The notes: generated from the letters alone by a model not told the origin. DNA of 64,000 bases from Yuukianura sp. NJ FZ-2021 (GCA_046563655.1 CM102287.1:8990001-9054000), one strand, 5' to 3'. Positions 50,454-63,149 are shown, counted from the first letter of the stretch. Program-made: numbers and translations.

Positions 50454-52787
50454 TTACAGCATGTGTTGTTCAGCTTCATCTTCGGCGTCTGCATGTGCGT
50501 CGTCAGGAAGAATAGTAATGCTGGATTGCGGTTGTGGTTCTGGTTTAGCTGGAAATGATTCCGATGACTTACTGCTTTGAAACGATTGGTCTCTGTTTTT
50601 GCAGTTCTTGTAATGGCGAAAAAGTCTCGGTGCTTGGGCACTCACTAGCTGTCCACATTCCAGGCATTGCTGCTTCCTCTGTCCATCTAAAATGAACTCG
50701 GTGAAGTACGACCACACTTCACTCGGTGGCCTTCCGATGCTGCCTTGTCCGATTCTGTTACGCGGTATCTTGGGAGGTGGTGGCGGTAAGTCATCATCAT
50801 CGCCTGGAACAAAGGAAAGTACATACAAAAACGTTCTGTTTTCGTTGTGTTAAGTTAGTTCACTAACCAGCTTTTTGGCTTTCGGCAGCCGTTCCAGTAT
50901 CAATGGAACCACGATGTTGTCTAGGATTAACCTCAACTTGGATTTTGTGCTTGAACTTGAGATGTGCATGGAGAGATGATGTACTGCAATCCTTGACTTT
51001 GAGAATTGATTGGACACCTTCCTGGTCACAAAGTTTGCATAGTGCAGAGTCTCCGTTTTCCTCACGCAGGTAATACTTCCATACTGGAGTTCGAGTAACC
51101 CGTTCCCCAGGTTGAGGTTCTTCTTCGGAGTAAAATTTTACAAAAACTTTCTTTTCGAGTCCTTTTGGCACAGAAGATGGACCTGATAACAAGAAAAACT
51201 TAACTTTTTGATTAATTCGTTGCACCTCAATTTCAATTTACGTAAGTAGTAGAAGCAAACCTTCAGAATCAAGATTTGTATCTCCCGTGATAAGATCTTC
51301 GTCATTTCCGAAATCGCTCGGGAACGAATTCTCTTCAGCTTCGTCTCCACCTCCTTCCGAGTCTTCGAATTCACCACCTTATTTTAGAAAATGTTAATTA
51401 AAAAGTACAATTAACGTCAATTCCAAGAACTTACCTGACCCGTGTTTCATCTTCAGGCGTTTCCGTCGTTCACGTCTTGCTAATGTTGCTCGAACGGCTC
51501 GTCGCTTTCCATATAACGAATTTTGGTTGGGCTCTTCAGTGGAAAAGTCAAGATCTCCTTCGACTGTTTCAGCTCCGTTCTCAGAAAACTTGAGTGACAG
51601 TCCACTGGCAGCAAGATCGGAAATGTTTTTCCAGTGGGCCAACACAGTTTCGTGCAGAGCATGCTCTCTATCCAGTAACTTCTTCTGCACTGTAAACAAC
51701 TCTGCGAAGAAGTAAAAACGTATTTGATGAGTTAACTTCCACCAGATCAATACTTGTCGACATCACGACGTTCGACGTACCGTTTCTGGTCATAAGAACT
51801 TGTTCGACAATTGTCATTTTCATGTCCACTTCGGCCCGAAACTTCTTGAGAACTTCTTCCAGCTGTGTAACTTTCTCTTGCAATCCGAGCTCAGTAGATT
51901 CGTCCAGCCCTTCATTAGTAGAAACTCCCCGAACTTGGGGCATGTACTGCTGACATTCTGAAAATCAAATCACGATGTAAAGTATCTTTCAAATTAATCC
52001 GCTTCCGTCAAAGAGATTTGCTTCCTGTATAAACTGCTTACCTGGATGATCGGCATGGCGCTTTGCCAAATGATTCTTCAAGCGATCCACAAGCCCAATT
52101 TGTTTCCAGTCGCATAATCTACATTTGGCTATCTCAATTCTCCCATTCGGATTTGGCTCTCGGTCAAAGCTGTCCCAGATTGGATCCCTTGGACGTGGCA
52201 TACCGATGTCGTACTCTTGGAAAAATTAAAAAAAGACTTGAAGTCAAAATCATGCAACATACTAATTAATTAAAGTCGTGCGCAGGCAGGGGTGGCAAAA
52301 TTACGTCAGTTTCAGGAAAGTGACGTTAGTAACGTTACTAACGTTTAAAACGCGTTTAAATCATAAATTGTGGAAAATCCGTTCCAGTCCTACGGCAGTC
52401 GCGTTAGCAGAAAGATACTGAGCGCAAATCTTAAGCCATGGCCTTTTGTAATTTTTCCCAATCAAACCTAACCCTTGAAAATTTTACTTGTGATTTGCGA
52501 ACTGGCTCTTCCAGATTCTGAATCTGCATGATACCAATATCAAAAATCATCGTTCGTTACAATACAATTAAATCCACCATTCAAGTTTACCACTTACCTG
52601 GCTTGGAAGTAGAAGATGTCGCCTCAATCTCAATTGCTGAGTTGTGGGTAGCGAAGTGAGCTTTCATACGGCCTGGAATCCCAATATGCTTCCAACTGCA
52701 TATCGAACATTTTGCTATTGGTTGGTTACCGTGAGGATTGGGTTCAGCCTCAAAGTGATCCCAAACCGGATCTTTGCCGCGTGGCAT
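50454..52787 (-). CDS. Multi-BED zinc-finger protein (4 BED domains); exons 52787-52598, 52215-52042, 51957-51781, 51701-51435, 51377-51261, 51182-50868, 50803-50454
   Basis: Four W..F/Y...CxxC...HxxxH/C BED signatures (DPVWDHF, DPIWDSF, TPVWKYY, SEVWSYF), a coiled-coil and acidic linkers; all exons join in frame. Confidence 0.8.
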
Positions 52788-53053
52788 TGCTAACAGTTAA
52801 AATTAACCTCGATTACAATTTTTGTAAACCTACTGTTACCTCTCATTTCTGTCATCCTCCCGTTCATTTTTCCACAAAGAATACAGCAGAGAGGACTCAC
52901 GTGAAATAAAAAAAATGAAAATGACGTATTTTTGATTGTGACAAAAGGGGTCCGGACCGGACCCCTTGTAACGTTTATTACCGGACCGTCCGGTAATAAA
53001 CGTTACAAACGTCACTCATAAACGTCAGTTTTACAATCATTTTGCCAACCCTG
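52287..53053. mobile_element. hAT-like TIR pair enclosing the first BED exon
   Basis: CAGGGGTGGCAAAAT ... ATTTTGCCAACCCTG (14/15 match) with clustered subterminal AACGTT/ACGTCA motifs at both ends; TSD only degenerate. Confidence 0.55.
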
Positions 53054-53895
53054 CTCGTGCTATTCAGTTCACGATTTACCTTAGCAGTGTTAAGGAAACC
53101 AATCAGATTAGAAGACACCTTTTACGACTGCTTCCGAAACGTAAATTACGCAACTCCCCTGGCTGTCATTGGACAATTAGCAGTGTATTTAAGTTAGTTA
53201 GGTTGACTAATTTTTAACTGCAAAACGCTCAATTCCTTTCAAAACATCGAACTCAATCAAATTCAACTTCTTTAAAAAAAAAAATACAAAATCTACGGGC
53301 AATATCTGCTCCACCCACCCCAAACCTCCCCTTTATGCATAGATGTGCAGATATAAATATATTCCTTTGCCCTTCAAGAAGAGGACGACGATAATTAAGT
53401 TAATAGTACCAAACGAATTCTAATGTTTTGAATTATAATTAATAAAAACTAAATATACTGATAAAGTTTCTGATTTAGATAAAGATCAAATACCTTAAAA
53501 TTAGACGCGAGTTGGAAGAGCGGGAGATTTAATTTTGAACTTTCTCTTCCCGGGCGTTCTTGAAAGAAATGTCGACATTTGAACATTTGATTCGTTTAGA
53601 TTAAATTAAATTTCAATTCGCCACGTGATAGTTTCGCTTACATCGGATCGCATTAACCGTGAACGGTATCCAGTTTTCGTTCACTTTTCGTTTTGCCAAT
53701 TTAGCTGAGTTTTGATTAATGATTTAATTACTAATAATTAATTACTAGCCCTTCATCTGGTCGAATCGAAATTCAACTAAGAAGGTACTAATGTAATTTG
53801 TCAACCCAAGGACAAGAAGTTTTTGAAAACTTTATGTCATCTTGCTTTTGTTTACATTTATGTTTTGATTAGGTCTTGAGTCAAGACCTAAAGAC

Positions 53896-54587
53896 GGTTA
53901 GATTATCGTTGTTGGGGTAGTTCAAATTTTTTCTAAGTTTTTTGGTCAAAATTTTCGAAAAATTTTTTTTTTCGTTTTTTTCACTTTTTATCACTTTTCA
54001 AACGTTTTTGGAACGTTGGGAGCAAAAAAATTTGTTTGGCCCCAAGGGTCCCCCCTTCTCATTTTTTTGAAAATCTGGACTCGAAAATTTTCTAAGTCCA
54101 AAAAATGAAGGGGGCACCCCTGACAATCTCAAAAATGACCCCTATGAAACTTGTTCAGAATCATCAGGAGAGTATTTTTTGTCTAATGGACTATGACCCT
54201 ACGACCACTCCTTCAGGTCAGAGGTCAACGCAAACTTTTCCCCAATTTTCCTTTCCGTTGACCTCTGACCTGAAGGAGTGGTCGTAGGGTCATAGTCCAT
54301 AGGACAAAAAATACTCCTCTCATGATTCTGAACAACTTTCATAGGAGTCATTTTTGAGGTTGTCAGGGGTGCCCCCTTCATTTTTTGGACTTGGAAAATT
54401 TTCGAGTCCAGATTTTCAAAAAAATGAGAAGGGGGGACCCTTGGGGCCAAAAATATTTTTTTGCTCCAAACGTTCCAAAAACGTTTGAAAAGTGATAAAA
54501 AGTGAAAAAAACGAAAAAAAAAATTTTCGAAAATTTTGACCAAAAAACAGAAAAAATTTGAACTACCCCAACAACGATAATCTAACC
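53896..54587. mobile_element. Foldback/MITE with arms of about 333 bp and 8-bp TSD (Merlin-like, inferred)
   Basis: CTAAAGAC|GGTTAGATTATCG...CGATAATCTAACC|CTAAAGAC; arms 53896-54230 and 54256-54587; absent from the paralogous position near 57370. Confidence 0.9.
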
Positions 54588-54659
54588 CTAAAGACCTAAT
54601 CAAAACAGAAATCAAGACTCTTGACTTAAATCCAATTTAACTTTTTTTTTATTTCAGAA

Positions 54660-56481
54660 ATGGATGATATTTTACCGGCCGAGGTATGTGGTAATTTAAA
54701 CTCTGAAGTTAACGTATTTATAGATATGCTACTTCATAAGTATGAAGTTTTAATTGTTTGCTTCTTGCAGATTATCAAGAAAATACTTGAGAAGGTAGAC
54801 AATATCAAGGATCTCAACAACTGCCGTTTAGTGAACCGGACATGGAATAAGTTGGGTTGGGAAGCGCTGAAAACATCCTACACTCCACTCATTTGCTTCT
54901 CAAATGATGAGTCCTTATTGGGGTTTCTTGACTGCTACAAAGCTTCCATTGGAATTCAATTGACCAAATTTCATTTTCAGCTGGATAAGCTCTCTTCTAC
55001 CGTTACACAGGAATTTATTACGTTTGCCGATCAATATTCATTGCAGTTGGAAGAGCTAAGCTTTGAGTTAAGCGTGAAGATTTTCACTACGGGAGATGTG
55101 GATAAACTGCAACTAATGTTATCCTTCATCTATGCATCGCCATATCTTACTCGTTTGAGTATTAACGTCTCCCAGCGGAATAGCCGACGCCGACAACAAC
55201 AGCCATCACCATTCAATAAAGCAGGATTAAGTCCCTACCTTCTCCCGTTCGTTCCGGAATCGCTGCCAAACCTTCGATCAATCCAATTTAATCGCGACAT
55301 CGCAAATGCAACTGAATCGGACGCAGACGGTCGCTGGTTTCTGCTCACATTACTCAAGAATATTTGTCCAAATCTTCGAGAAATTGTCGTCTCAACATGG
55401 AAAGACACTCAAGTATCTCTTGTCACACCACTGCTCACTCTCTTCAAAGACACGGAACACATCATTCTGCGAAACGTTTCGTTTGCTACTTACGATTCGT
55501 CTGATATTGAAGCTCTTCGAGTTAGAAGTTACAAGTTGACGAAACTGGATCTACGAATTACCTACGACTATCATAAAGCGAATGCGCGCAGAAATCCCTA
55601 CCCGAACCTCCGCCAAGTTCATTCTGTTTTTTATTCATGGATTGAACATCACTCCAAGACATTGAAGAGATTGACACTTATTTTCGAAAGAGTTTCAGAA
55701 TTTAATTTGCCGAAACTGGAAGTCCTGGAGTCACTTGAGATTGGGTTGGGAGCTTACGATGATGACGATGACGATGGTCCTCTCCTGCCATTGAATACTT
55801 CAGTAATGCCAATGCTAAAATCCGTCACGCTCAAATTTTATAATGACCGCTGGAAACTTTTCACCTTTGGAACGTTTGTCACCGTCGAGTCGTTGACAAT
55901 CCTGGGCTACCAAACAGAAGATATTCTCACCCCTTGGGAAAAAGTGTTCCCGAATCTCAATACACTGGAATTGATTTGTCTAAGGAAAAACCAATACACA
56001 AGTATTCTGGTTCGCACTAAAAACTTGCGACACTTGAAGCTCGAGTTTACAATAAACACAGGACGGTTATTGGGACCACCAGCAGAAGTATTAGATAAAC
56101 TCCCAGACTACCCAAGATTTCCTTTACTAAAATGCTTGGCATCTTACGATCGTATGTTAATTTTTTAAATTGAAACTTGAAATGATAATGTCTCACATTT
56201 TTTGTTTTTGAATGTCATTTTAGAACTGGAATCTCTTTACATCAAAGAAGCCGGATCCTCAACACTTGCTGAAATTGTCAAGATGTCTCAAGAAGGATTG
56301 CTCAAACGTTTAGTAAATCTAACGTTCGAGGGACACACGATGGTAATTGTATCTCAATCTCAATTGATCAAGTCACTCAATTATGATTAATTATCAATGT
56401 CATTTGTATTAATTTGTATAGATGACGAGCGACCAAATTGAAATTCTGAAATCCGTCCATGGGAATGTCTCGTTCTTGTAG
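54660..56481 (+). CDS. F-box + LRR-like protein, paralogue 1; exons 54660-54683, 54771-56151, 56224-56342, 56422-56481
   Basis: LPAE|IIKKILEKV...DLNNCRLVNRTWN F-box signature followed by LxxLxL repeats (LPNLRSI, CPNLREI, FPNLNTLEL). Confidence 0.88.
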
Positions 56482-57404
56482 AAGACTTTCACCGGGTTTT
56501 GTTGGTTTTTTACCAGTTTTCCAGGATTTTATATGAAATTATATGGAAGGTTAGTTTAAGTTTAACTTAAATTAAATCTAATTTGTATTTTTTATATTAT
56601 TTTGTGAACAATGTGTGTAACATTCTATTTGCCAATCTTATTTTTCATTAGGGGTAACTTAGCTTCTAAGAAATTTCAAAATTAACGTCAATTGATGATT
56701 GCTGAATCATCCGGAAACTGCAGCGTGACATTCTTGATTCCATGTTAGGAAGAAGTTCGAAAAATATTCCCGCTTTCCATGTTTAGTCCATTTCCGTATT
56801 CCATTTATGTGATAAGAATTCGACAAAGTTCGTAAAATTGTTTATTGTCTTTGTTTCTCCCTGTTGCCATTCCAGAAGATGACGACAGTAATTAACTTAA
56901 TAGTTCCAAACTAATTTTAATGTTTTGTATAATAATTAATGAAACTCAATATAGTAGGAATAATAATGTTTTTGATTTAGATAAGGATCAAGTTAATATC
57001 TAACCATAAAATTAGACGCGAATTGGAAGAGCGGGAAATTTGAATTTGAATTTAATTCCCGGGCGTTAAAACGTCGACATTGACATTTGGAATTTAGTAA
57101 TTTCAATTTGCCACGTGAAAGTTTCGCTCACATCGTTACATCACATCACGGTGAACGGTACAGTTCGGTACAGTTTTCGTTCCCTTTTGGTTCTGACAAT
57201 TTAGCTGAGTTTTGATTAATGATTAATTACTAGCCCTTCATCTGGTCCTGGTCGAATCGAAATTCAACTAAAAAGGTAATGTTCGTCAAACCAAGGCAAG
57301 GAGTTTGTGAAAACTTTATGTCATCTACTCCTACTCATCTTACTCCTGTTTAGATTTGTGTTTTGAATTTGATTGTCTTGGAATTTAACTTGTTTATTTC
57401 AGAA

Positions 57405-60270
57405 ATGGGTGACATTTTGCCGGCCGAGGTATGTGATATAGTTAAACTTTGAAGTTAATGAGGCGATTTACAGATTCGCTTATACGCAATTTCCCATAAG
57501 ACTTTTGGTGCATTTATTTCCTGATTGGTTAGGCGCTCAAAAAACTACGACCACACTTTTCGCATTAGCATACGCTGCTCCACATCCCGAGAATCGGCTT
57601 CCGGACGAAAACAGGACCCTTCGTCCACAAAACATAGGTTTTCTGGATGACGTTCCAGAAATCCACGGATTTTTGCTTTCTTTTCCTACGCATGGCAAAA
57701 CGGTTGAAGATTCGTCAAAAAGCTGATTCTCGGGATGTGGAGCAGCGTATGCTAATGCGAAAAGTGTGGTCGTAGTTTTTTGAGCGCCTAACCAATCAGG
57801 AAATAAATGCACCTTAAGATTGGGTCAGAGTTCACGAATTTTGTGTTTACAATTTACAATTTCGTATTACGTCACTAAGAGTTGGGGCAACGTGAGAATT
57901 GAGGCTAAGAAATGGCTCACCCACTTCGCCATACCTATTCAGAAAAACCGCGAATGGTTCTCAAATTTGAAATTTTACGCAGTGATTCGCGAGTTAGCAT
58001 GAGTTGTACAAAATTTCAATCGTCAAGAATCCACCCGGCAGGGTTTTGCATGATAACGTAATGTGGGATTTCTCAATTCTCAGTCGTTGCTATGTCTACA
58101 AAGCGTTTTTTAGCGTTATTTTTATTGACCTGATGTCTCACCTTAACGTATATTTATAGATTCACACAATTGAGACTGAGAGATATGGCACTCCATAGTG
58201 TGAGATTTTAATTGTTTGTTTCTTGTAGATTATCAAGAAAATACTTGAGAAGGTAGACACTGCCAAGGATCTCAACAACTGCCGTTTAGTAAACCGGAAA
58301 TGGAATATGTTGGCTTGGGAAGCGCTGAAACCATCCTACACTCAGCAGCTCATTTCCTTCGGCAATGATGAGTCTCTTTTGCGGTTTCTCGACTGCTACA
58401 AAGCTTCCATTGGAATTCAATTTACCAAGTTCCATTTTCATCTGGATAAGCTCTCTGCTACCGCAACACAGGAATTTGCTACGTTTGCCAATCAATATTC
58501 ATTGCAGTTGGAAGAACTTAGCTTTAAGTTTGGCATGAAGCTTTTCACTACAGTAGATGCGAACAAACTGCATCTGATGTTATCCTTGATCCATGCCTCG
58601 CCATATCTTACTCGTTTGAGTTTCAACGGCTCCCCGCAGTATAGCCAACTCCGGCCATCACCATCACCATTCAATAGAGCAGCTTTAAGTCACCACCTCT
58701 CTATTCTTCCGGAATCGCTGCCAAACCTTCGATCACTCCAATTTAATTACGGCATCACAACTGTCACGGAATCGGATGAAGATGTTCGTTGGTTTCTGTT
58801 CACATTACTCAGGAAGATTTCTCCAAATCTTAAAGAAATTGTTGTCTCAGCATGGAAAGACACACAAGTCTCTCGTGTCATGCCGTTGCTCACTCTCTTC
58901 AAAGACACGGAGCGCATCATTCTGCGAAACGTTTCGTTTGCTATTTACGATTCATCTAATATTGAAGCTCTTCAAGTTACAAATTACAAGTTGACCGAAC
59001 TGCATCTACGAGTTACCTACGACTATCATAAAGCGCTCCGCGCCGCGCGCCGAAATCGATTCCCAAACCGCGACCAAGTATATTCTACTTTACGTTCATG
59101 GCTGGAGCAACACTCCAAGACACTGAAGAGATTGAAGCTTCTTTTCGAAAACGTTTCACGCTTTCCTTTACCGAAACTGGAAGTGCTGGAATCGCTTGAC
59201 ATTGGGTTGGGAACTTACGATGATGATGACGATGACATCATTGACATCCCTGGCAATGGCAATGATCCTCCTGTACTGCCATTGAATACTTCAGAACTGC
59301 CAATGCTAAAATCCGTCACGCTAAACCTTTATAACGACCGCTGGAATCTTTTCACCTTTGGAGGCTTTGTCACCGTCGAGTCCTTGACAATCCATAACTA
59401 CCAAACAGAATGTATTGGCACTCCCTGGGAAAATGTGTTTCCGAATCTGAAGACACTGGAACTGATTTGTCTCAGGAAAAACCAATACGAAAGTATTCTA
59501 GTTCGTACTAACAACGTGCGACACTTGAAGCTCGAGTTTTTTATAAACATGGGAGTGCTAACATATGGATCACCAGAAGAATTAGCTAAACTCGAAGAAT
59601 TAGAGAAAGACTACCCAAGATTTCCTTCACTACAATGCTTGGCATCTTACGATCGTATGTTAATTTATTAAGAAACTTGAAATCAAGGTTGCTATAGCAA
59701 CCAATTGTATTGCTACAAGAGGTTATTCAATACCTCCGAAGTTTATAAAAATTCAGTGAAAACCAACAACTTTTTGGACCAATGGTCCAATTCCGTTACA
59801 TTACATAGTACATAATATTACATATTACATAGTACATACAAATCATTACCATAGTAAGGCACGGCAAAGCAAGTTTTGGAAAACAAAATATTTAACAAAA
59901 TTAAAAAACATCGAGTTAATGAATAACCTCTTGTAGCAATCAACAATCTTCTTGTTTACCCACCTTGCTTGAAATCATAATGTCTCACAATTTTGTTTTT
60001 GAATGTCATTTTAGAACTGGAATCTCTTTACATCAACGAAGCCGGATCCTCAACACTTGCTGAAATTGTCAAGATGACTCAAGAAGGATTGCTGAAACGT
60101 TTAGTAAATCTAACGTTCGAGGGGCACACGACGGTAATTCATTGTTTCTCAACTGATCAAGTCACTCACTTATGATTACTTATCAATGTCATTTGTACTA
60201 ATTCGTTTAGATGACGAGCGACCAAATTGAAATTCTGAAATCCGTCCATGGAAATGTCTCGTTCTTGTAG
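57405..60270 (+). CDS. F-box + LRR-like protein, paralogue 2; exons 57405-57428, 58229-59654, 60015-60133, 60211-60270
   Basis: Same exon structure as paralogue 1; the duplicated unit spans about 53360-56760 versus 56860-60550. Confidence 0.88.
57459..58142. mobile_element. TTAA-flanked insertion in intron 1 of F-box paralogue 2, containing an inner palindromic MITE (57507-57813)
   Basis: Paralogue 1 reads GAAG-TTAA-CGTAT; here TTAA occurs at 57455 and 58143. The inner element has 94-bp arms GGTGCATTTATTTCC...GGAAATAAATGCACC|TTAA. Confidence 0.8.
59684..59967. mobile_element. Small DNA-transposon insertion with 8-bp TSD (P- or hAT-like)
   Basis: CTTGAAAT|CAAGGT...ACCTTG|CTTGAAAT; internal 21-bp inverted repeat ATTGCTACAAGAGGTTATTCA; single CTTGAAAT in paralogue 1. 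Confidence 0.85.
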
Positions 60271-61127
60271 AAGACTTTCGCGGGGTTTTCTTAATTTTGT
60301 ACAGTTTTCCAGGATTTTACATGAAATTATATGAAAGGTTAGTTTAAACTTAACTTAAATTAAATCTAATTCTTATTATTTTGTGAACAATGTGTGTAAC
60401 ATTCTATTTGACAATCTTATTTCTCATTTGGGCAATTTCTTAGCTTCTAAGAACTTTCAAAATTAACGTCAATTGATGATTGCTGAATCATCCGGAAACT
60501 GCGGCGTGACATTGACATTTTTTCTTGAATCCATGTTAGGAAGAAGTTCGGAATTAAAACGGTGGAAACGAAAGATTTACGAATTCGCGGATTTTCATTT
60601 ACTATTTCACAAATTTTACAAATTTTGTCTAGCATTTGGTTTTGCTTTAGAAAACGTTGAAGGTTTGTAAGTTGCAACAGATCTTACGGCGGCATATTTT
60701 CCCCCTTAATTTGTTCAGTTTTGAAGGATTGTGCAATTTACGACCTCTGGAGTCTGGAATGAGTAAGTTGCAAAAACGGCACGTGAAAATTGCGGTTTCC
60801 TTACTAATCCAGAATTGGAATTCCAGGAATCGAAATCCCACAAACTCAAAAAAAAAATTTGTAGAGCAAACGACAAGTGATGAGATGACGAAAACGCTGG
60901 ACGCTGATGAAGTGATCGAGTGACTAATCAGGAAAGTACTTCCCGGTGATGATTGCGGAAGAAGGAAGGTCAACTACACGGATAAAACCGGCTTACAAAA
61001 TTTTATTTGTCCTTTTCAGATTCCAGAACAACTCCAGCGACAAGTATTCTGGAACTCAGCTCAGCAGCGATTAGTTCAACACGTTTTTCAACACAACACT
61101 GCCAGTTTCACCCAAAAACTGATCAGG

Positions 61128-62552
61128 ATGATCAAATCTGGAAGTACACAAGACATTTACGCCAAAACCAAAAGCCGCCAAAAACATCCGCGACGTCAAA
61201 ATGCCACCAGATCCGAATCTCCCGTGTCGTCTTCATCTCATGTGCTGGAGCCACCCAAGTCCATTTGTCTAGACGATCTCCGCGCACTTCTTCCAGAAAC
61301 TACTGCGACTGTATGTGAAAGTACTGCGACTGCGCGTAGTAACAACTCCAGTGGACTGGAACCACCCAAGAGTATCAGTATTGAAGAGCTGCAGGAACTG
61401 TTGACTCAGGACCATTTGTTGGACTCTCCTCCAGAAATTGACCTGGATGACCTCCGTGACCTTCTGGAGCCAGCAGGAGTTTTAACACGAAGAGAAGTGG
61501 AATTTAAAACTCGAGACTTACTGGCTCCAGGGGAAGATCAAACAACAATTTCCAAATTCAGGGCATGGCAAAACGTTGTTCAACCCGCTCCAGCGAAATC
61601 CAGTACATTCAGTAGTTCCAGAAGTGTTCAGAGCTTGGATATCCCATCATGGGATGAACTCAAAGCAGCAAGGTCAAAGCAACTCAAGCAGTCAAAAACT
61701 AGAAGTTTGGATGATTTGGGGTCAAAATCTGATGAAACAGTTAAGGAGAAGGTCAAGGTCAAATTAGTCGAAAAACGGGCCGATGCTGATGTAAAACTGG
61801 ATGGACCGGAAGCATTTCTTAAGAAATTGGAAGAACTTGCTGAAGGGGATAATCTGGAACAGTGGATTGCTGGATTGGATTTGCCAAAAGAATTTGACTT
61901 GCCAAAAATTCGGGAACAAATTCGCATCTTTTTGAAAGAGAAAAGCTGGGAGAAAGGAGGTACGAAATTTTTCTTAAATTGAAATATTTTTCGGTTTTTA
62001 AAGAACTGAAATTGAAATGTAAAATTGAATTTACAGGATCGGTCAAATTTGATATGATGGACGGAACGCTGACTAAAAAACTTTGGGCTTGGTTTAAAGG
62101 TAATTTAATTGGCAAAACGAAAACCAAAATTAGGAAGTCACGTTTTATAATGCAGGAAAGTTTTAAAAAGTTTTAAAACGTGCTTTTTATTTTGCCAGAT
62201 TTGAGCATTGCCAAGCAAATTGTGGTGGTAATTGGACTATCAATTGTGATCGCTGCTGTTGGATTTTTGACTATGTACCTTCTATCATTGAGTAAGAATA
62301 ACTTTTTTCTCTTTATCGTGGTCTGGGTCAGAGGTCATCATTGTTTTGTTCTGCTAAATTTTAGTTTGGCCTGTAATGCTCGGTGTAGGCACTTCTGGAG
62401 AAGCTGCTCTTGTGGAAATCGCTGTTGAAGGGTCCAAAATTAGGCAAGAGCCGGCATTTCATTTACTTCAGCTTCACGCCGAGCAAGCGAAGCCGATGAG
62501 CCATGCTTGGGCGAACCAATTTTTTCTTTGGAAATACTGCAGAACTCGTTGA
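61128..62552 (+). CDS. Uncharacterised protein with three internal PPxIxLDDLRxLL-like repeats and a late TM helix; exons 61128-61959, 62037-62099, 62199-62291, 62365-62552
   Basis: 284-aa ORF continues through phase-1 junctions into QIVVVIGLSIVIAAVGFLTMYLLSL; last exon uncertain. Confidence 0.55.
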
Positions 62553-63149
62553 CCTCTGACCTGCTCATTTTTGTTACAACGTATGTAACAGTAACACCTT
62601 GCCGTACCGACTACCGAATTATTAATTAATTATGATTGTGTAACAATAAAGTTTATACGTCAGTTTCCAAAAGTTCAAAATGAATGTCAACACGCGAAAG
62701 GCGGCGAATTTTATTTGAATTTGACATTTCAATTTTGTATTTGTTAACTGAAGTGCAATTTGACGAAAGCAAAATGCCATTGCTTTTTCGAAATTGCATT
62801 TTATTTGGACATAATAAGTAAGTTCCATAATAACCTTGTGTTTTTAAATCTCTGCTGTTAAATTAGTCAATACTAAATTAATTCTTGATATTAATTTTGC
62901 GTAAGTTAGTGCTTTAGAAAAATTCCACTTCTATATTTTTATTTTTTTTTGTTTTGCAATTGCAATGGCAATATTAACGTCGAAATACGTCACCGTTGCC
63001 ATTGTAGTTGCAAAATTCCAATCGTCATCATCTGCTGAAGGAGAGGCTCTTCATTTTTTTGTTATCAATCAAAACAGAAACTATGGAGGGATTTTAGTAG
63101 CAAAACTAATTAAAGTTTCCCCCGCCAATTAACGTTTCCCCAATTAAAA

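Noticed and set aside
54105..54615. Paired ORFs MKGAPLT... on both strands (likewise 57505-57812 and 43286-43935)
   Set aside because: Artefacts of foldback arms.
54660..56168. Single-exon 502-aa reading of the F-box gene
   Set aside because: An 87-nt in-frame intron splits the F-box; the paralogue has an 800-nt intron at the same site, and two further exons follow.
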